Shown here: positions 28,929 to 38,197 of the stretch, one piece after another
Layout: each line of letters opens with the position of its first letter
How positions within the stretch are numbered: the stretch's first letter is position 1
Assembly (NCBI GenBank): GCA_963692915.1
Contig: OY843584.1
Span: 992,001 to 1,056,000 of the forward strand
Length of the DNA: 64,000 nucleotides
DNA from: Cenarchaeum sp.
Lineage (GTDB): Archaea; Thermoproteota; Nitrososphaeria; Nitrososphaerales; Nitrosopumilaceae
Direction: 5' to 3'
The notes under the pieces: generated by a model
The model's database searches: none
What the model saw: only the letters and a program-made list of their open reading frames with translations
Told to the model about the DNA's origin: nothing
Made by a program: the position numbers and the translations under genes

Positions 28929-31400
28929 CTATGAAACGCTGATCATGCGCGCAAGGCGATGCGCGATGCGCCATGCCACGAGGGCAGCGACTGCCACGAT
29001 GAACGCCAAGAGTACCGCATCGACATCAACGTCAAGGCCGTCTGTGGCATCAGGGAGCCCCACGCCCACCGTCGCGCTAGCGGTTCCCCCCCACACGTTT
29101 GTGAGCATCACCGTGTTCGCAATTCCCTGGATCGCAGACACCGTGCAGCCATGTATCGACGAGCACACGCGCTCCATGGGCACGCCGTTGCGCTCGACTG
29201 ATGCGATATCGCCAAACGCCTCGCGTGGGCGCGCCTGCAGCGTCGTGTGCGCGCACGAGGGGCACGAGACCGCATAGTCCATCGCGTTGTCCGTGGCGAC
29301 GTTGGCGATCTCGAGGATCGGCGTCGTAAAGAGGACCTCGGCAGTCATGTTGCGCGAGTGGGCAGCCGTGCCGTCGGTGACACCGTAGGAGAACTCGTAT
29401 GCCGATGGGGCCTCGTATATCGTGTTTGAGCCAAGCTCGGCGACGCTGTCGGCCATCAGCGCATACACGTCAGTAAAAGAGACGCCGGTTCGATTCAGGA
29501 TATAGTCCACACGCCCACCACCAGTCGATTCGGCTGCCATCTTGCGCGGATACATGTCCGAGACGACCATGTTGGCGATCTCGGCGTCATCGGCCTCGAG
29601 CTCGACACTCTCACATATGCGGTCATGCAGGTATGACGGTCCCACAGTTGCGGCAAACGCGCCGACTCCAACAGTTGGGACTATCTTGACGGATGCGCTG
29701 CCGTCGGCGACCGGACCGCTGCCGTCGACCATGACAAGGCTTGCCGGAACGGCAAAGCGTGCACGCGGGTACGTATAGTCGTACGAGACCAGGTCGCGCA
29801 GCTCGTGACCGGCAAAGTCCTCGGTTCGCACCGTGTTGCGCAGGCTCGCAACGTCTGCACCGCTCTCTGCCATGAATGCCGATATCGGATACTCCATGTA
29901 GAGGCGCCCGTATGCGGCCTGTGTGAACATTGCCGAGGCCGCATGCCTCCCAAGCCGGAGCGCGCCGTCGATGAGGCTCGCATCATGCACGGTGCAGCGT
30001 TCGGCATCGTGCGCAGACGGGCCGGCCGTCGCGTTCCATGCCAGGCTCGCATCAAGGGGGATCGAGCCTGTCAGGTAGCGTGCCGTGCCCTCGTGGTCCA
30101 TCTCGTTGAGCAGCGCGCGGCGCATCTCGTGCGGGCCGGCATCCGCATCATCCCTTCCGCCCCCCAGGGATCCATCATACCTCACTGCCATGACGTGCCT
30201 CTTTGACCATGCCCAGTCGCCATGCTCGGGAACCGAATCGGCCAGCGAGACGTACGCGTAGGGCTCGCCGAACTGTGGGTCATACCTCACTATGAGCGGC
30301 TCGATGGACTCGGTGACGTCGTGTGCGCGCGCCTCGCCCGTGCGCACGCGCGCATGAGCGTGGATGTTGTGGAGCGTTGCGGTGTAGTCGATCTCGTGGC
30401 GCTCGTGGTATCGGGCGCACGCCGGCTCGGCAGCACCGTGCGCCGTGCCTACCGCACACGACGAGTTGTACACGGCCGAGCCGCCCGTGTAAGAGTGCGC
30501 GATCGCCTGCGCGTCATACCCGCCAATTCCCCCCGCGGCCAGGACACATGAGGACTCGTCACAGTCAAGCTCCTGCACCAGCTCAAGGATTCCGTGGTTC
30601 TTTGTGTGAGTGGCATAGATCGTCCCAATGCGCTCCTCCTTCCACGCATAGTCGATCTCGTGTACCACGTTTATAGGATCCCACACATAGTACGTCCCAT
30701 CAAGGTTTGCCGCCGTGTGGCCCGCCGAGTCTGTGAGCGGCTCGTATGAGAGGCTCACCGAGAGGCCTGGATCGATCACGCGTGCCGGAAATGCCGACTC
30801 GGAGACAAACGCGTGGTACCCCGTGTACAGGTGGCCTCCTAGCATGACTATGACCTTTGCCATCACATGCGCCTTTTTTGCCACGCGGTACGACTCGTCA
30901 GGCCCATAGATGTCGTGCGGCAGCACCACGCTGCCCTCCTCGCTGCGCGGCCCGCTGCCGCCGTATCCCTCGAATCCCGACGGTTGGCATCCCCCACGGC
31001 GGCTATAGGAGCACTTTACCTTGAGCGGCGTGCACTCACCACCGCCTCCCGGAACCTCCACGGGGCACACCTTTACGGCGCTGCACCCCTCGACGCGCAT
31101 GTTGGTGTGGTATCCGAGCGCGTCGCCCGGATAGAACGTGCGGTCGGGGTTGTTTCTCCTGTGGCCGTTGTGGAGCACGGGCGTCACCGCGAGCTCTGTG
31201 TGAACCTTGCACTTTTCGCGAAGGTACATGTAAAGCTTTGAGCTATGGTACACCTGATCGCTTCCGGCCGTGTTTTTTTGCGTGGAGAGGGCACCATCTG
31301 TGTCGTGCCTGGCGTCAGCCTCCCCCATTGCCGCCGACATTGCAAGTGCTGCGGCAAGTGCCATTGTGAGTGACAGGAACGCCAGGGGCGCGCCAGTCAT
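28929..31400 (-). CDS. Secreted, C-terminally anchored hypothetical protein
   Basis: Signal peptide, Cys pairs, C-terminal TM (LLAFIVAVAALVAWR); coupled to the pilin-like gene. Confidence 0.65.
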   Translation of the reverse strand: MTGAPLAFLSLTMALAAALAMSAAMGEADARHDTDGALSTQKNTAGSDQVYHSSKLYMYLREKCKVHTELAVTPVLHNGHRRNNPDRTFYPGDALGYHTNMRVEGCSAVKVCPVEVPGGGGECTPLKVKCSYSRRGGCQPSGFEGYGGSGPRSEEGSVVLPHDIYGPDESYRVAKKAHVMAKVIVMLGGHLYTGYHAFVSESAFPARVIDPGLSVSLSYEPLTDSAGHTAANLDGTYYVWDPINVVHEIDYAWKEERIGTIYATHTKNHGILELVQELDCDESSCVLAAGGIGGYDAQAIAHSYTGGSAVYNSSCAVGTAHGAAEPACARYHERHEIDYTATLHNIHAHARVRTGEARAHDVTESIEPLIVRYDPQFGEPYAYVSLADSVPEHGDWAWSKRHVMAVRYDGSLGGGRDDADAGPHEMRRALLNEMDHEGTARYLTGSIPLDASLAWNATAGPSAHDAERCTVHDASLIDGALRLGRHAASAMFTQAAYGRLYMEYPISAFMAESGADVASLRNTVRTEDFAGHELRDLVSYDYTYPRARFAVPASLVMVDGSGPVADGSASVKIVPTVGVGAFAATVGPSYLHDRICESVELEADDAEIANMVVSDMYPRKMAAESTGGGRVDYILNRTGVSFTDVYALMADSVAELGSNTIYEAPSAYEFSYGVTDGTAAHSRNMTAEVLFTTPILEIANVATDNAMDYAVSCPSCAHTTLQARPREAFGDIASVERNGVPMERVCSSIHGCTVSAIQGIANTVMLTNVWGGTASATVGVGLPDATDGLDVDVDAVLLAFIVAVAALVAWRIAHRLARMISVS

Positions 31401-31888
31401 GGCTTGCCCACCAGCCGCATAACGTTGCCAGGTCCGGTGACCAGGAGTATTCCCACATCCTCGCCATCATGGCCGTCTCCAAGTGTCGGACTAAAGCGCA
31501 TGTCAGTTATCTCGCCGGCTGGCAGCGTGCATGCGCCAACGTGATCCTGTGTGGTGATCTTTTGCATCGTAGAGCATCCGGCATCTGAGACGACCGTGTC
31601 AGCATACACATAGTGGATCCCGGCAATCTCAATGTCCGCATCGCCGGCGTTGACGATCTCGATCCTAGCAGTCCACGCCGACGGTGAGGCGGCCTCTGGC
31701 GCACTTGAGTGTATGACGCGCAGCGACTCGCCGAGCCGCGAGATCTTTTGCCGTATGAGCGACTCGCCTGCCTCGCCGGCCGAGTCGAGTCCCTCGCCCA
31801 CAAAGTGAAGGAGTGCGGCACCGGCTGCAGACACGATGCCAAAGAGCATGGCAAACCCGATAATTTCTGAGGCGAGGCGGGCACGCAT
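31397..31888 (-). CDS. Archaeal pilin/FlaG-F-like protein
   Basis: ASEIIGFAMLFGIV hydrophobic N-terminus, GESLRVI, IVNAG, LVTGPGN pattern typical of archaeal minor pilins. Confidence 0.6.
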   Translation of the reverse strand: MRARLASEIIGFAMLFGIVSAAGAALLHFVGEGLDSAGEAGESLIRQKISRLGESLRVIHSSAPEAASPSAWTARIEIVNAGDADIEIAGIHYVYADTVVSDAGCSTMQKITTQDHVGACTLPAGEITDMRFSPTLGDGHDGEDVGILLVTGPGNVMRLVGKP

Positions 31889-31892
31889 GCTC

Positions 31893-32393
31893 TCACCTCG
31901 CGAGGACTCCCACGGTCATCACGATTGAGCCGCCAGAGAGCGGCTCGGCGAAGACCGAGATCGCATACCTTGCGGATGGGGTCACAGACAGGGCGTGAAC
32001 CGACGGGCCAAGACGGATCGACTCGCCCGGCAGGAGCGTGCATGGCATGTCATCCTGCCCAATGGCGCACGCCGAGCCGTCAGCATGGCGCAGGCTTGCT
32101 GACAGTGCGCACCCCTTTGGCGCACACGTGCCCTGTTCCGGAGACGCCAGTGTGAGCGAGGCGAGGCGCACGGCCTCGGTTCCCCCATTGCCCACCATCC
32201 CGTGGAGAACCGCATGGCTGCCCCCAATTGCCTCAAGTCCAAGGCCTGACACGTTGAGTGAGGGGAGCGAGGACATCTCGCCTATTCGCGCGTCGAGATG
32301 GTGCGACACGGCGAGGGCGAGTCCGGCCGTTATGAGGACGGCGAGGGCGACGGAGACCATGGCCGTCATGCGCGCCCACCCCGACTCACGCAT
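31893..32393 (-). CDS. Minor pilin-like protein
   Basis: N-terminal hydrophobic helix plus small beta-sandwich (VGNGGTE..RL, LLPGES); located in the pilus cluster. Confidence 0.45.
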   Translation of the reverse strand: MRESGWARMTAMVSVALAVLITAGLALAVSHHLDARIGEMSSLPSLNVSGLGLEAIGGSHAVLHGMVGNGGTEAVRLASLTLASPEQGTCAPKGCALSASLRHADGSACAIGQDDMPCTLLPGESIRLGPSVHALSVTPSARYAISVFAEPLSGGSIVMTVGVLAR

Positions 32394-32399
32394 GCGCGC

Positions 32400-34310
32400 C
32401 TAGGAGTTTGGGTTTGTGTCAAACATTTCATACTCGTCATTGAGGGGCTCGATGGTCACAAGGAGCCGGTGCTTGTCCGTGAGAAGGAGGCATTGTCCCG
32501 TGTCAAAGGACGTGATCGCATCCTTTTCTTCCTCAGAGAGGCTCATGTGCTCAAGGAGGAGCTGGGCTTCGGACTCGGTGTTCTTCATGAGAAATTTTGT
32601 GCCCGCGTTGCTCAGGTATGACTTGCCCTCTGCAGTGCTGACCATGTCGCTGAGCTCTTGCACGATGAATATGCACCAGACATTGTATGCCCTGCCAAGC
32701 TTTGCGATGGACATGACATACTGCGCAATGCTGCGGTGCCTAAAGAGCTTCCAGCCCTCGTCAATTATGAGCAGCTTTGGAACATGACGGGGCATTGAAC
32801 GGATCATCTTCCAGAACTTGCCAAGCGAGAGAAGCAAGAGTATGCGTTCATCATCATCACTTGCGTCATTGAACGCAAGAACTGTCCTGTCACCAAATGT
32901 TGCGCTGCCCCTAAACACCTCGGACTGTCCTCCCATGACAAAGTCGTCAAGGTATGTGTGATAGTCCTTGCCGCCGCCGATCGCGCGCAGGTGCTTGTGC
33001 ATGTCATCGAGCGACGAGCATTTTTGCGCAACTGCCTTGAAGGCCTTGCGGGCCTTTATGTCGCTGCCAACCTCGGCTATGTCGGCAAGGAACCCTGCGG
33101 CAAGCGTGGGGTTGTCATCAAACACGAGAAACGGGTCAAAGCCCAAGCGACTCGACATGGTAACATCAACTATTTTCATCCCTTCGACGTCTGACAGTCC
33201 TGCGGCATACTCGCTCTTTGGGTCTATTCCCAGGAGCACGGCGTCCGGGTTTTTGCGCAAGAAACGGCGCGCGAGCATCTTTGTTAGAAACGACTTGCCT
33301 GCCCCTGACCACCCGATTATTGCAGTGTTGTAGTTTGGCCTCATGCGGTAGTTGAATACTATCGGCGCGCCGGTGTGCGATGACGTGCCAATGGCGATTC
33401 CGCCTGGCGCCTCCATGAGGTCATTTGACGTGAACGCAAAGAGCGGCTGCATGCTCTCAAGGTCAATTGTGAGATCCACGCCGAGTGAGTGGTTGGCGTT
33501 CCACAGGTCAAGGTGGAGTGCCGCCGGCGCATCGACCCTGCAAAAGCTCTGCTTGCAATACATCGCAAGGCGCCTCTCCTTCCTGCGTATCTCAGCAGGC
33601 GTTCCGGCAAGTATCGCCGTGATCGTCACGCTAAAGAGGCGCGTGCGGTTGTTGGATATAAGAGCCGTGAGGCGCTGCGCATTTTCCAGCTGTGCTGATA
33701 TCGTGTCATCACGCGAAGCCATCACCTTTAGGTTCTCGGTAAACCCGCGCATTCGCGTGGCCGCAATGTGCTGCTCGATTGGGCGAACAGTCACACATGC
33801 GGCCTCGAGAAGCCTGCCTGACGCGCCGTTGCCGTACGCCTCGACGTTCATGTTCATCATGTCCATTATCCATGCCGGAGGCATTGCGCTAGGCAACGCA
33901 TAGAACACAAAGCATCGCGCAGTGCGCCCGTCGGCGAGCTCGAGGCCAGCGAGGTTATGCCTCCTTACTGCAGGCCTCATGAGCCCAGAGCTCACCGTGA
34001 ACTGAAACCCCGAGGGCATGATCGCCGCATCAAGGGGCTCAGAGGAGGCCAGGTGCGTCTCGGGAATCACCATCTCGACTGTCCGGTCGCCGACCTCAAC
34101 CTCGACGGTCTTGCGCGACACCCATATCGTCATTGGCCTCGTGATCCCAAGGAGGATTGAGGAGAATCCCGAGAGTGCCTTGGCGCGCTCGTCATCATGC
34201 ATGCCATCAAAGTTGACCGGATACACGCGATAGACATAGCGCCGGTTCATCCTCTCCGTCTCCGGAACTGCAGTCGCGCCGCTGTCTGCCATCGTTGCTA
34301 GCCTCCCCAT
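32400..34310 (-). CDS. virB4: VirB4-family conjugation/T4SS ATPase
   Basis: N-terminal YRVYPVNF, Walker A GWSGAGKS, IDPKSEY, Walker B LIIDEGW, KLGRAYN..IFIVQ, GQCLL. Confidence 0.85.
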   Translation of the reverse strand: MGRLATMADSGATAVPETERMNRRYVYRVYPVNFDGMHDDERAKALSGFSSILLGITRPMTIWVSRKTVEVEVGDRTVEMVIPETHLASSEPLDAAIMPSGFQFTVSSGLMRPAVRRHNLAGLELADGRTARCFVFYALPSAMPPAWIMDMMNMNVEAYGNGASGRLLEAACVTVRPIEQHIAATRMRGFTENLKVMASRDDTISAQLENAQRLTALISNNRTRLFSVTITAILAGTPAEIRRKERRLAMYCKQSFCRVDAPAALHLDLWNANHSLGVDLTIDLESMQPLFAFTSNDLMEAPGGIAIGTSSHTGAPIVFNYRMRPNYNTAIIGWSGAGKSFLTKMLARRFLRKNPDAVLLGIDPKSEYAAGLSDVEGMKIVDVTMSSRLGFDPFLVFDDNPTLAAGFLADIAEVGSDIKARKAFKAVAQKCSSLDDMHKHLRAIGGGKDYHTYLDDFVMGGQSEVFRGSATFGDRTVLAFNDASDDDERILLLLSLGKFWKMIRSMPRHVPKLLIIDEGWKLFRHRSIAQYVMSIAKLGRAYNVWCIFIVQELSDMVSTAEGKSYLSNAGTKFLMKNTESEAQLLLEHMSLSEEEKDAITSFDTGQCLLLTDKHRLLVTIEPLNDEYEMFDTNPNS

Positions 34311-34334
34311 CGAATCACCGCAGGAAAATCCGAT

Positions 34335-35900
34335 TTAAGGGCGATAGTAGCGTGCCGTGGCGTCCATGACCTCAGCAGGCGAGGCGGGGTTGGAGGCGAC
34401 ACACTCCTCGAGGATTGACACTCGGCGCTCAAGGTCGGCTGCGGGGTTCTCTAGCCCAAGGGCCTCGGCCGCATCGCGCAGCCTAGCGCTCCTCTTTACA
34501 AGATCGTGCGCAGAGTGCTCGGTGAACGTGTCCCCTAGGGCATCATACCTGAATATCGTGTCCATGCGCGGCTCCGAGCCGGCATGGGCGCCCATGCTGA
34601 CCTCGTCGACGCCAAAGACCCTGCGCACAACCCTGCCGAGGCGCGGGGAGTGCAGCTCGCGGCAGTGCCACACTGTCCAGAGCAGCGACAGGTAGCTATT
34701 GTCCACACCCGCAAACCGGACACGCTCAATCGTCTTTTTTGCGCTTGGCGCGTGCATTGTGGTCACGCCACCGTGGCCGGCGGCCGCGTTCTCAAAGGCC
34801 GCATATATCGCATCGCGGCTGCGCGCCTCGCCGATGATGACGAGGTGCGGGTTGTGCCTGAGCGTGACGGGAATCAGGTCCTCTATGCGGTACGCAAGGC
34901 TCTTGTTGAGCGCAGATGCGCGCGTGCGAAGCGAGAGGAGGTGCGCGTGCGGCAGGCGCATCTCTGGCGTGTCCTCGACTGTCACGATCATCCAGTTGGG
35001 GTTTGCCATGGCAAGCAGCGCATTGGCCATAGTCGTCTTGCCCGAGGAGGTCACGCCGACGACAATGTTAAACGACATTGCGTCAACTAGCATCCACCAG
35101 TATGCGGCCATCATTGATGTGAGCATTCCCCCACGAAGGAGATCCGCGATGGTCAGCGGGGTGCGTGAGAACTTGCGCACATTCATGGCAGTGCCTGCTG
35201 ACACCTCCCGCCTAAACGCCACTGACACCCTGTCCCCCTCTGGCGTCACGGCATCGACTATGGGCTCAGCGTTGCTCGCGTGCGCGTCGCACTTTTCAAG
35301 TATGCGCGTCACGAGGCTGTCAAACTCGGCGTCCGTGCCGAGCCTGATGTTGGTTTTGTACACGGGGTATCCCTTGTGTGCGCGCAGAACCACCCCGACA
35401 TCCGTCCTTTTTGGTATCATAATGTCCTCAATGTTGTCGTCACGAAACAACACGTCTAGGTTCCAGTAGCCATAGGCGCGCCTGACGTAATAGTTGATCT
35501 CGGCGTGGTTGCCAGACACAAGCTCAGAAAAGCCGAGCTCCGATGCGGCTTCCCATATGCGCTCCTTAATCTCCTCGGCGCCGGGTCGCGCCTCGGCGCC
35601 AATGTCCATTGACATGTAGAGGTGGCTCGCTAGCGCGTGGACTGCCCACTCGAGCTCTGGGGACACCTCTGGCTCAGAGACGACGTAACGCCCGTCGCGC
35701 GTCACAAACACGCGAGCGTCGCCGACGTCATACGAGTCAATGACGTCTGCTTCTGTGATTGTGTGCGGCACAGAGGCGTGGCCGATGTCAAGTGCGTGGA
35801 GCTCCTTGTGCAGGCCGTCGCGAACCATGTCGCGGATTGCCTTGTCCATCATGTCGGTCCGAGCCCCAAACGCCCCGTCGCGGCGGCGAATTCCCAGCAT
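34335..35900 (-). CDS. Type II/IV secretion ATPase (TadA/VirB11/FlaI family)
   Basis: DDNIEDI, NVRKF, Walker A GVTSSGKTT, TVEDTPE, LRHNP..IIGEAR, GHGGVTTMHA. Confidence 0.9.
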   Translation of the reverse strand: MLGIRRRDGAFGARTDMMDKAIRDMVRDGLHKELHALDIGHASVPHTITEADVIDSYDVGDARVFVTRDGRYVVSEPEVSPELEWAVHALASHLYMSMDIGAEARPGAEEIKERIWEAASELGFSELVSGNHAEINYYVRRAYGYWNLDVLFRDDNIEDIMIPKRTDVGVVLRAHKGYPVYKTNIRLGTDAEFDSLVTRILEKCDAHASNAEPIVDAVTPEGDRVSVAFRREVSAGTAMNVRKFSRTPLTIADLLRGGMLTSMMAAYWWMLVDAMSFNIVVGVTSSGKTTMANALLAMANPNWMIVTVEDTPEMRLPHAHLLSLRTRASALNKSLAYRIEDLIPVTLRHNPHLVIIGEARSRDAIYAAFENAAAGHGGVTTMHAPSAKKTIERVRFAGVDNSYLSLLWTVWHCRELHSPRLGRVVRRVFGVDEVSMGAHAGSEPRMDTIFRYDALGDTFTEHSAHDLVKRSARLRDAAEALGLENPAADLERRVSILEECVASNPASPAEVMDATARYYRP

Positions 35901-35924
35901 GGCTCAATGTGCGCAAATGCGCAT

Positions 35925-36278
35925 TTAACGCGGCGCGGGGGTTCCCTCGAGGCCAGACTCGGTCAGCGCGGCGCGATACAGCGCGAGAGCCGAGTTTATG
36001 GCATCGACTGCAGACGAGGCGCGGCGCGCCGAGACGCTGATGCTGTGGCCATTGTGGTGATAGAGGCCGAGGCGGCCGCCCCGTCTCCCGCGCTCTGGTG
36101 AGAGCAGGCTGCACGATGCCATCTCGGCGTACCCGAGAACCATGATGCACCCTAGTCGGCCGTTCTCGAGCAGGACGCGCTTGCTGCTTACGTGCATGAG
36201 GCACGAGCCATGCCTAGTGGTGACCTCAAAGGCCGCAATGACCCTCTCGCCGTGCTGTGCGAACATCATCACACACAT
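35925..36278 (-). CDS. Small hypothetical protein, possible PH-like fold
   Basis: GERVIAAFE...LMHVSSKRVLLE pattern; similar to the N-terminus of the adjacent gene. Confidence 0.45.
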   Translation of the reverse strand: MCVMMFAQHGERVIAAFEVTTRHGSCLMHVSSKRVLLENGRLGCIMVLGYAEMASCSLLSPERGRRGGRLGLYHHNGHSISVSARRASSAVDAINSALALYRAALTESGLEGTPAPR

Positions 36279-36319
36279 GTGGGGAAAAATGCACTTAAGG
36301 CCGCACGGCGACCTTTTTC

Positions 36320-37411
36320 CTATTGGCGATCAGGCTCTAGCATCCACTTGCGAAAATTTGGGTCGTCGTGCGCATCTTGCGCGTCATGGTGCCGCATTGA
36401 GCCCCCCGCCGTTCCCTGCGACCCCCCTGCCACACTGACGTTCTCGCGAAGGTAGTTTAGCTGGTCAATGACGCCACGATATGCGCTCTGCGCATACTTG
36501 CGCATCTCAGAGTTGAACAGAACCGTCTCATGGACCGACACGGGCGCGTGAAACCGTGGCACATACACGCCGGCAGGATCAGTCAGGTACGTCAGGTGGC
36601 GCTCAGCAGGCTCAGACACCTTGTCAAAGGCCATTGCCGACGTGAGCATCTCGGCTCGTATGGTGGACAAGAGTGTCCATGCGCTGCGCATCCCCCCGTC
36701 TCCGTCCCACTTTCGGTTCACGGCCGGATACCCGTGGAGAAAGCTCACATCGCCCTTTGCGAGGGTCACAGAGCCGTCAGCACGCCTAGAGTCGTACATG
36801 CCATGCGACCCCGGACCCAGCACGTCATCAGCCCTGCAAAAGAGGGCATTGTGCGTCACAAATGATCCTGCCTCGCTGTCATACCACGCGTCGTTCCAGA
36901 CGTGCCTGTCAGGCACCTCCCACGGTATGCGAGTATCCCTTGGCGTCACAACTGGGACTTTGGAGGATGCGAGAACGACGGATTTTTCCGTCACCTCTGT
37001 TGCGTGCCAATGGCACTCGTTGTTCCCAAAGTCCGTGCGCGTCCCGCCTGAAGGTTCCGGCTCTGTCCCCCCCTGCGCTGCCCGCAGCGATTCCACAAGG
37101 CTCACCTGCGAGGCATACGCCTCGTTTGCCGCCCTCATCTCGTGCATGACAGGGCCAGGATCCCCAAAGGCCAGATCGTATGACACAAGGTGCCCTGCCC
37201 CGTCATCCCAGGACAGCTTTATGCCGCTCTTGCCGCGCCGTGTGGCCGTGTAGAGCCTGTCCCAGGCGATATCAAATATGACGCCATGGCGCACGCTCAC
37301 AAGGACGAGTCCGGCAGTCGTGATGTGCAGGATTGCGCTTCCGACATTTGCGCCCCCCTTGGTCTCAAATGCGGCCGTCTCGCGGGCGCTCTCGTCTGGC
37401 GTTGAGCCCAT
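36320..37411 (-). CDS. Hypothetical protein with N-terminal PH-like domain
   Basis: AAFET...ILHITTAGLVLVS.RHGVIFDI; ATG at 37411 follows AT-rich TTAAA motif. Confidence 0.55.
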   Translation of the reverse strand: MGSTPDESARETAAFETKGGANVGSAILHITTAGLVLVSVRHGVIFDIAWDRLYTATRRGKSGIKLSWDDGAGHLVSYDLAFGDPGPVMHEMRAANEAYASQVSLVESLRAAQGGTEPEPSGGTRTDFGNNECHWHATEVTEKSVVLASSKVPVVTPRDTRIPWEVPDRHVWNDAWYDSEAGSFVTHNALFCRADDVLGPGSHGMYDSRRADGSVTLAKGDVSFLHGYPAVNRKWDGDGGMRSAWTLLSTIRAEMLTSAMAFDKVSEPAERHLTYLTDPAGVYVPRFHAPVSVHETVLFNSEMRKYAQSAYRGVIDQLNYLRENVSVAGGSQGTAGGSMRHHDAQDAHDDPNFRKWMLEPDRQ

Positions 37412-37480
37412 GGCGGTGCGCGAATAAACTGAATTTAAGCTAAATATCGGCATATCTCACGGCTAGCAGTCGAATTACCT

Positions 37481-37494
37481 TTAAATTGAAAATT
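37481..37494 (+). promoter_or_regulatory. TATA-containing motif TTAAATTGAAAATT, 14 nt upstream of GTG start
   Basis: Shared with paralogs (5335-5348, 50230-50243). Confidence 0.7.
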
Positions 37495-37508
37495 TACGCA
37501 GTGCTTTC

Positions 37509-38159
37509 GTGGAAACGGAGACCATAGCGATAGTGGTAGGCGTTCTCGGGATGATGGGAATGCTCTGGGTCACGCATGTCCGTGGCAATGCCCAGCTGGA
37601 CAAAAAGCTCGAGTCCGAGGGCAAGGCGAGGCGCGAGGAGATCGCCGATCTAAAGAAGGCGAGCGAGGCGGCGAACGAGAAGATCAGAGACGAGATGAAG
37701 GAGGGCTTTGGGTTGCTCCACGCCGAGATCAAGGCCGAGGGCGACGCGAGGCGCAAGGAGATCAAGGAAGCGGTCGACAAGCTGAGTGCGGAGATCAAGG
37801 CCGAGGGCGACGCGAGGCGCAAGGAGGTTAAGGAAGAGGGCGATGCGAGGCGCAAGGAGATCAAGGAAGAGGGCGACAAGCTGAGTGCGGAGATCAAGGC
37901 CGAGGGCGACGCGAGGCGCAAGGAGGTTAAGGAAGAGGGCGATGCGAGGCGCAAGGAGATCAAGGAAGAGGGCGACAAGCTGAGAATCGAGATCAACAAT
38001 CTTCGAGAGGAGAGACGTGTGGACAATAAGCAAAGACACCATGATAACAAGGAGCTAAACGGCAAGATCGAGAACTTGGCAGGCAGGTTCGAAGAGGTTC
38101 GAGACGTGCTCTTTAGGACGATGGGCGCCCAGAGACACATACTGCCCGAGCAGAAATAG
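37509..38159 (+). CDS. Membrane-anchored coiled-coil protein with 11-aa repeats (paralog family member 2)
   Basis: N-terminal TM, EIKAEGDARRK repeats with a 99-bp higher-order duplication, C-terminal LAGRFEEVRDVL. Confidence 0.75.
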   Translation: METETIAIVVGVLGMMGMLWVTHVRGNAQLDKKLESEGKARREEIADLKKASEAANEKIRDEMKEGFGLLHAEIKAEGDARRKEIKEAVDKLSAEIKAEGDARRKEVKEEGDARRKEIKEEGDKLSAEIKAEGDARRKEVKEEGDARRKEIKEEGDKLRIEINNLREERRVDNKQRHHDNKELNGKIENLAGRFEEVRDVLFRTMGAQRHILPEQK

Positions 38160-38197
38160 CGTGCCGCAAGTCCCGCAACTGAGACCACATGATGCGC

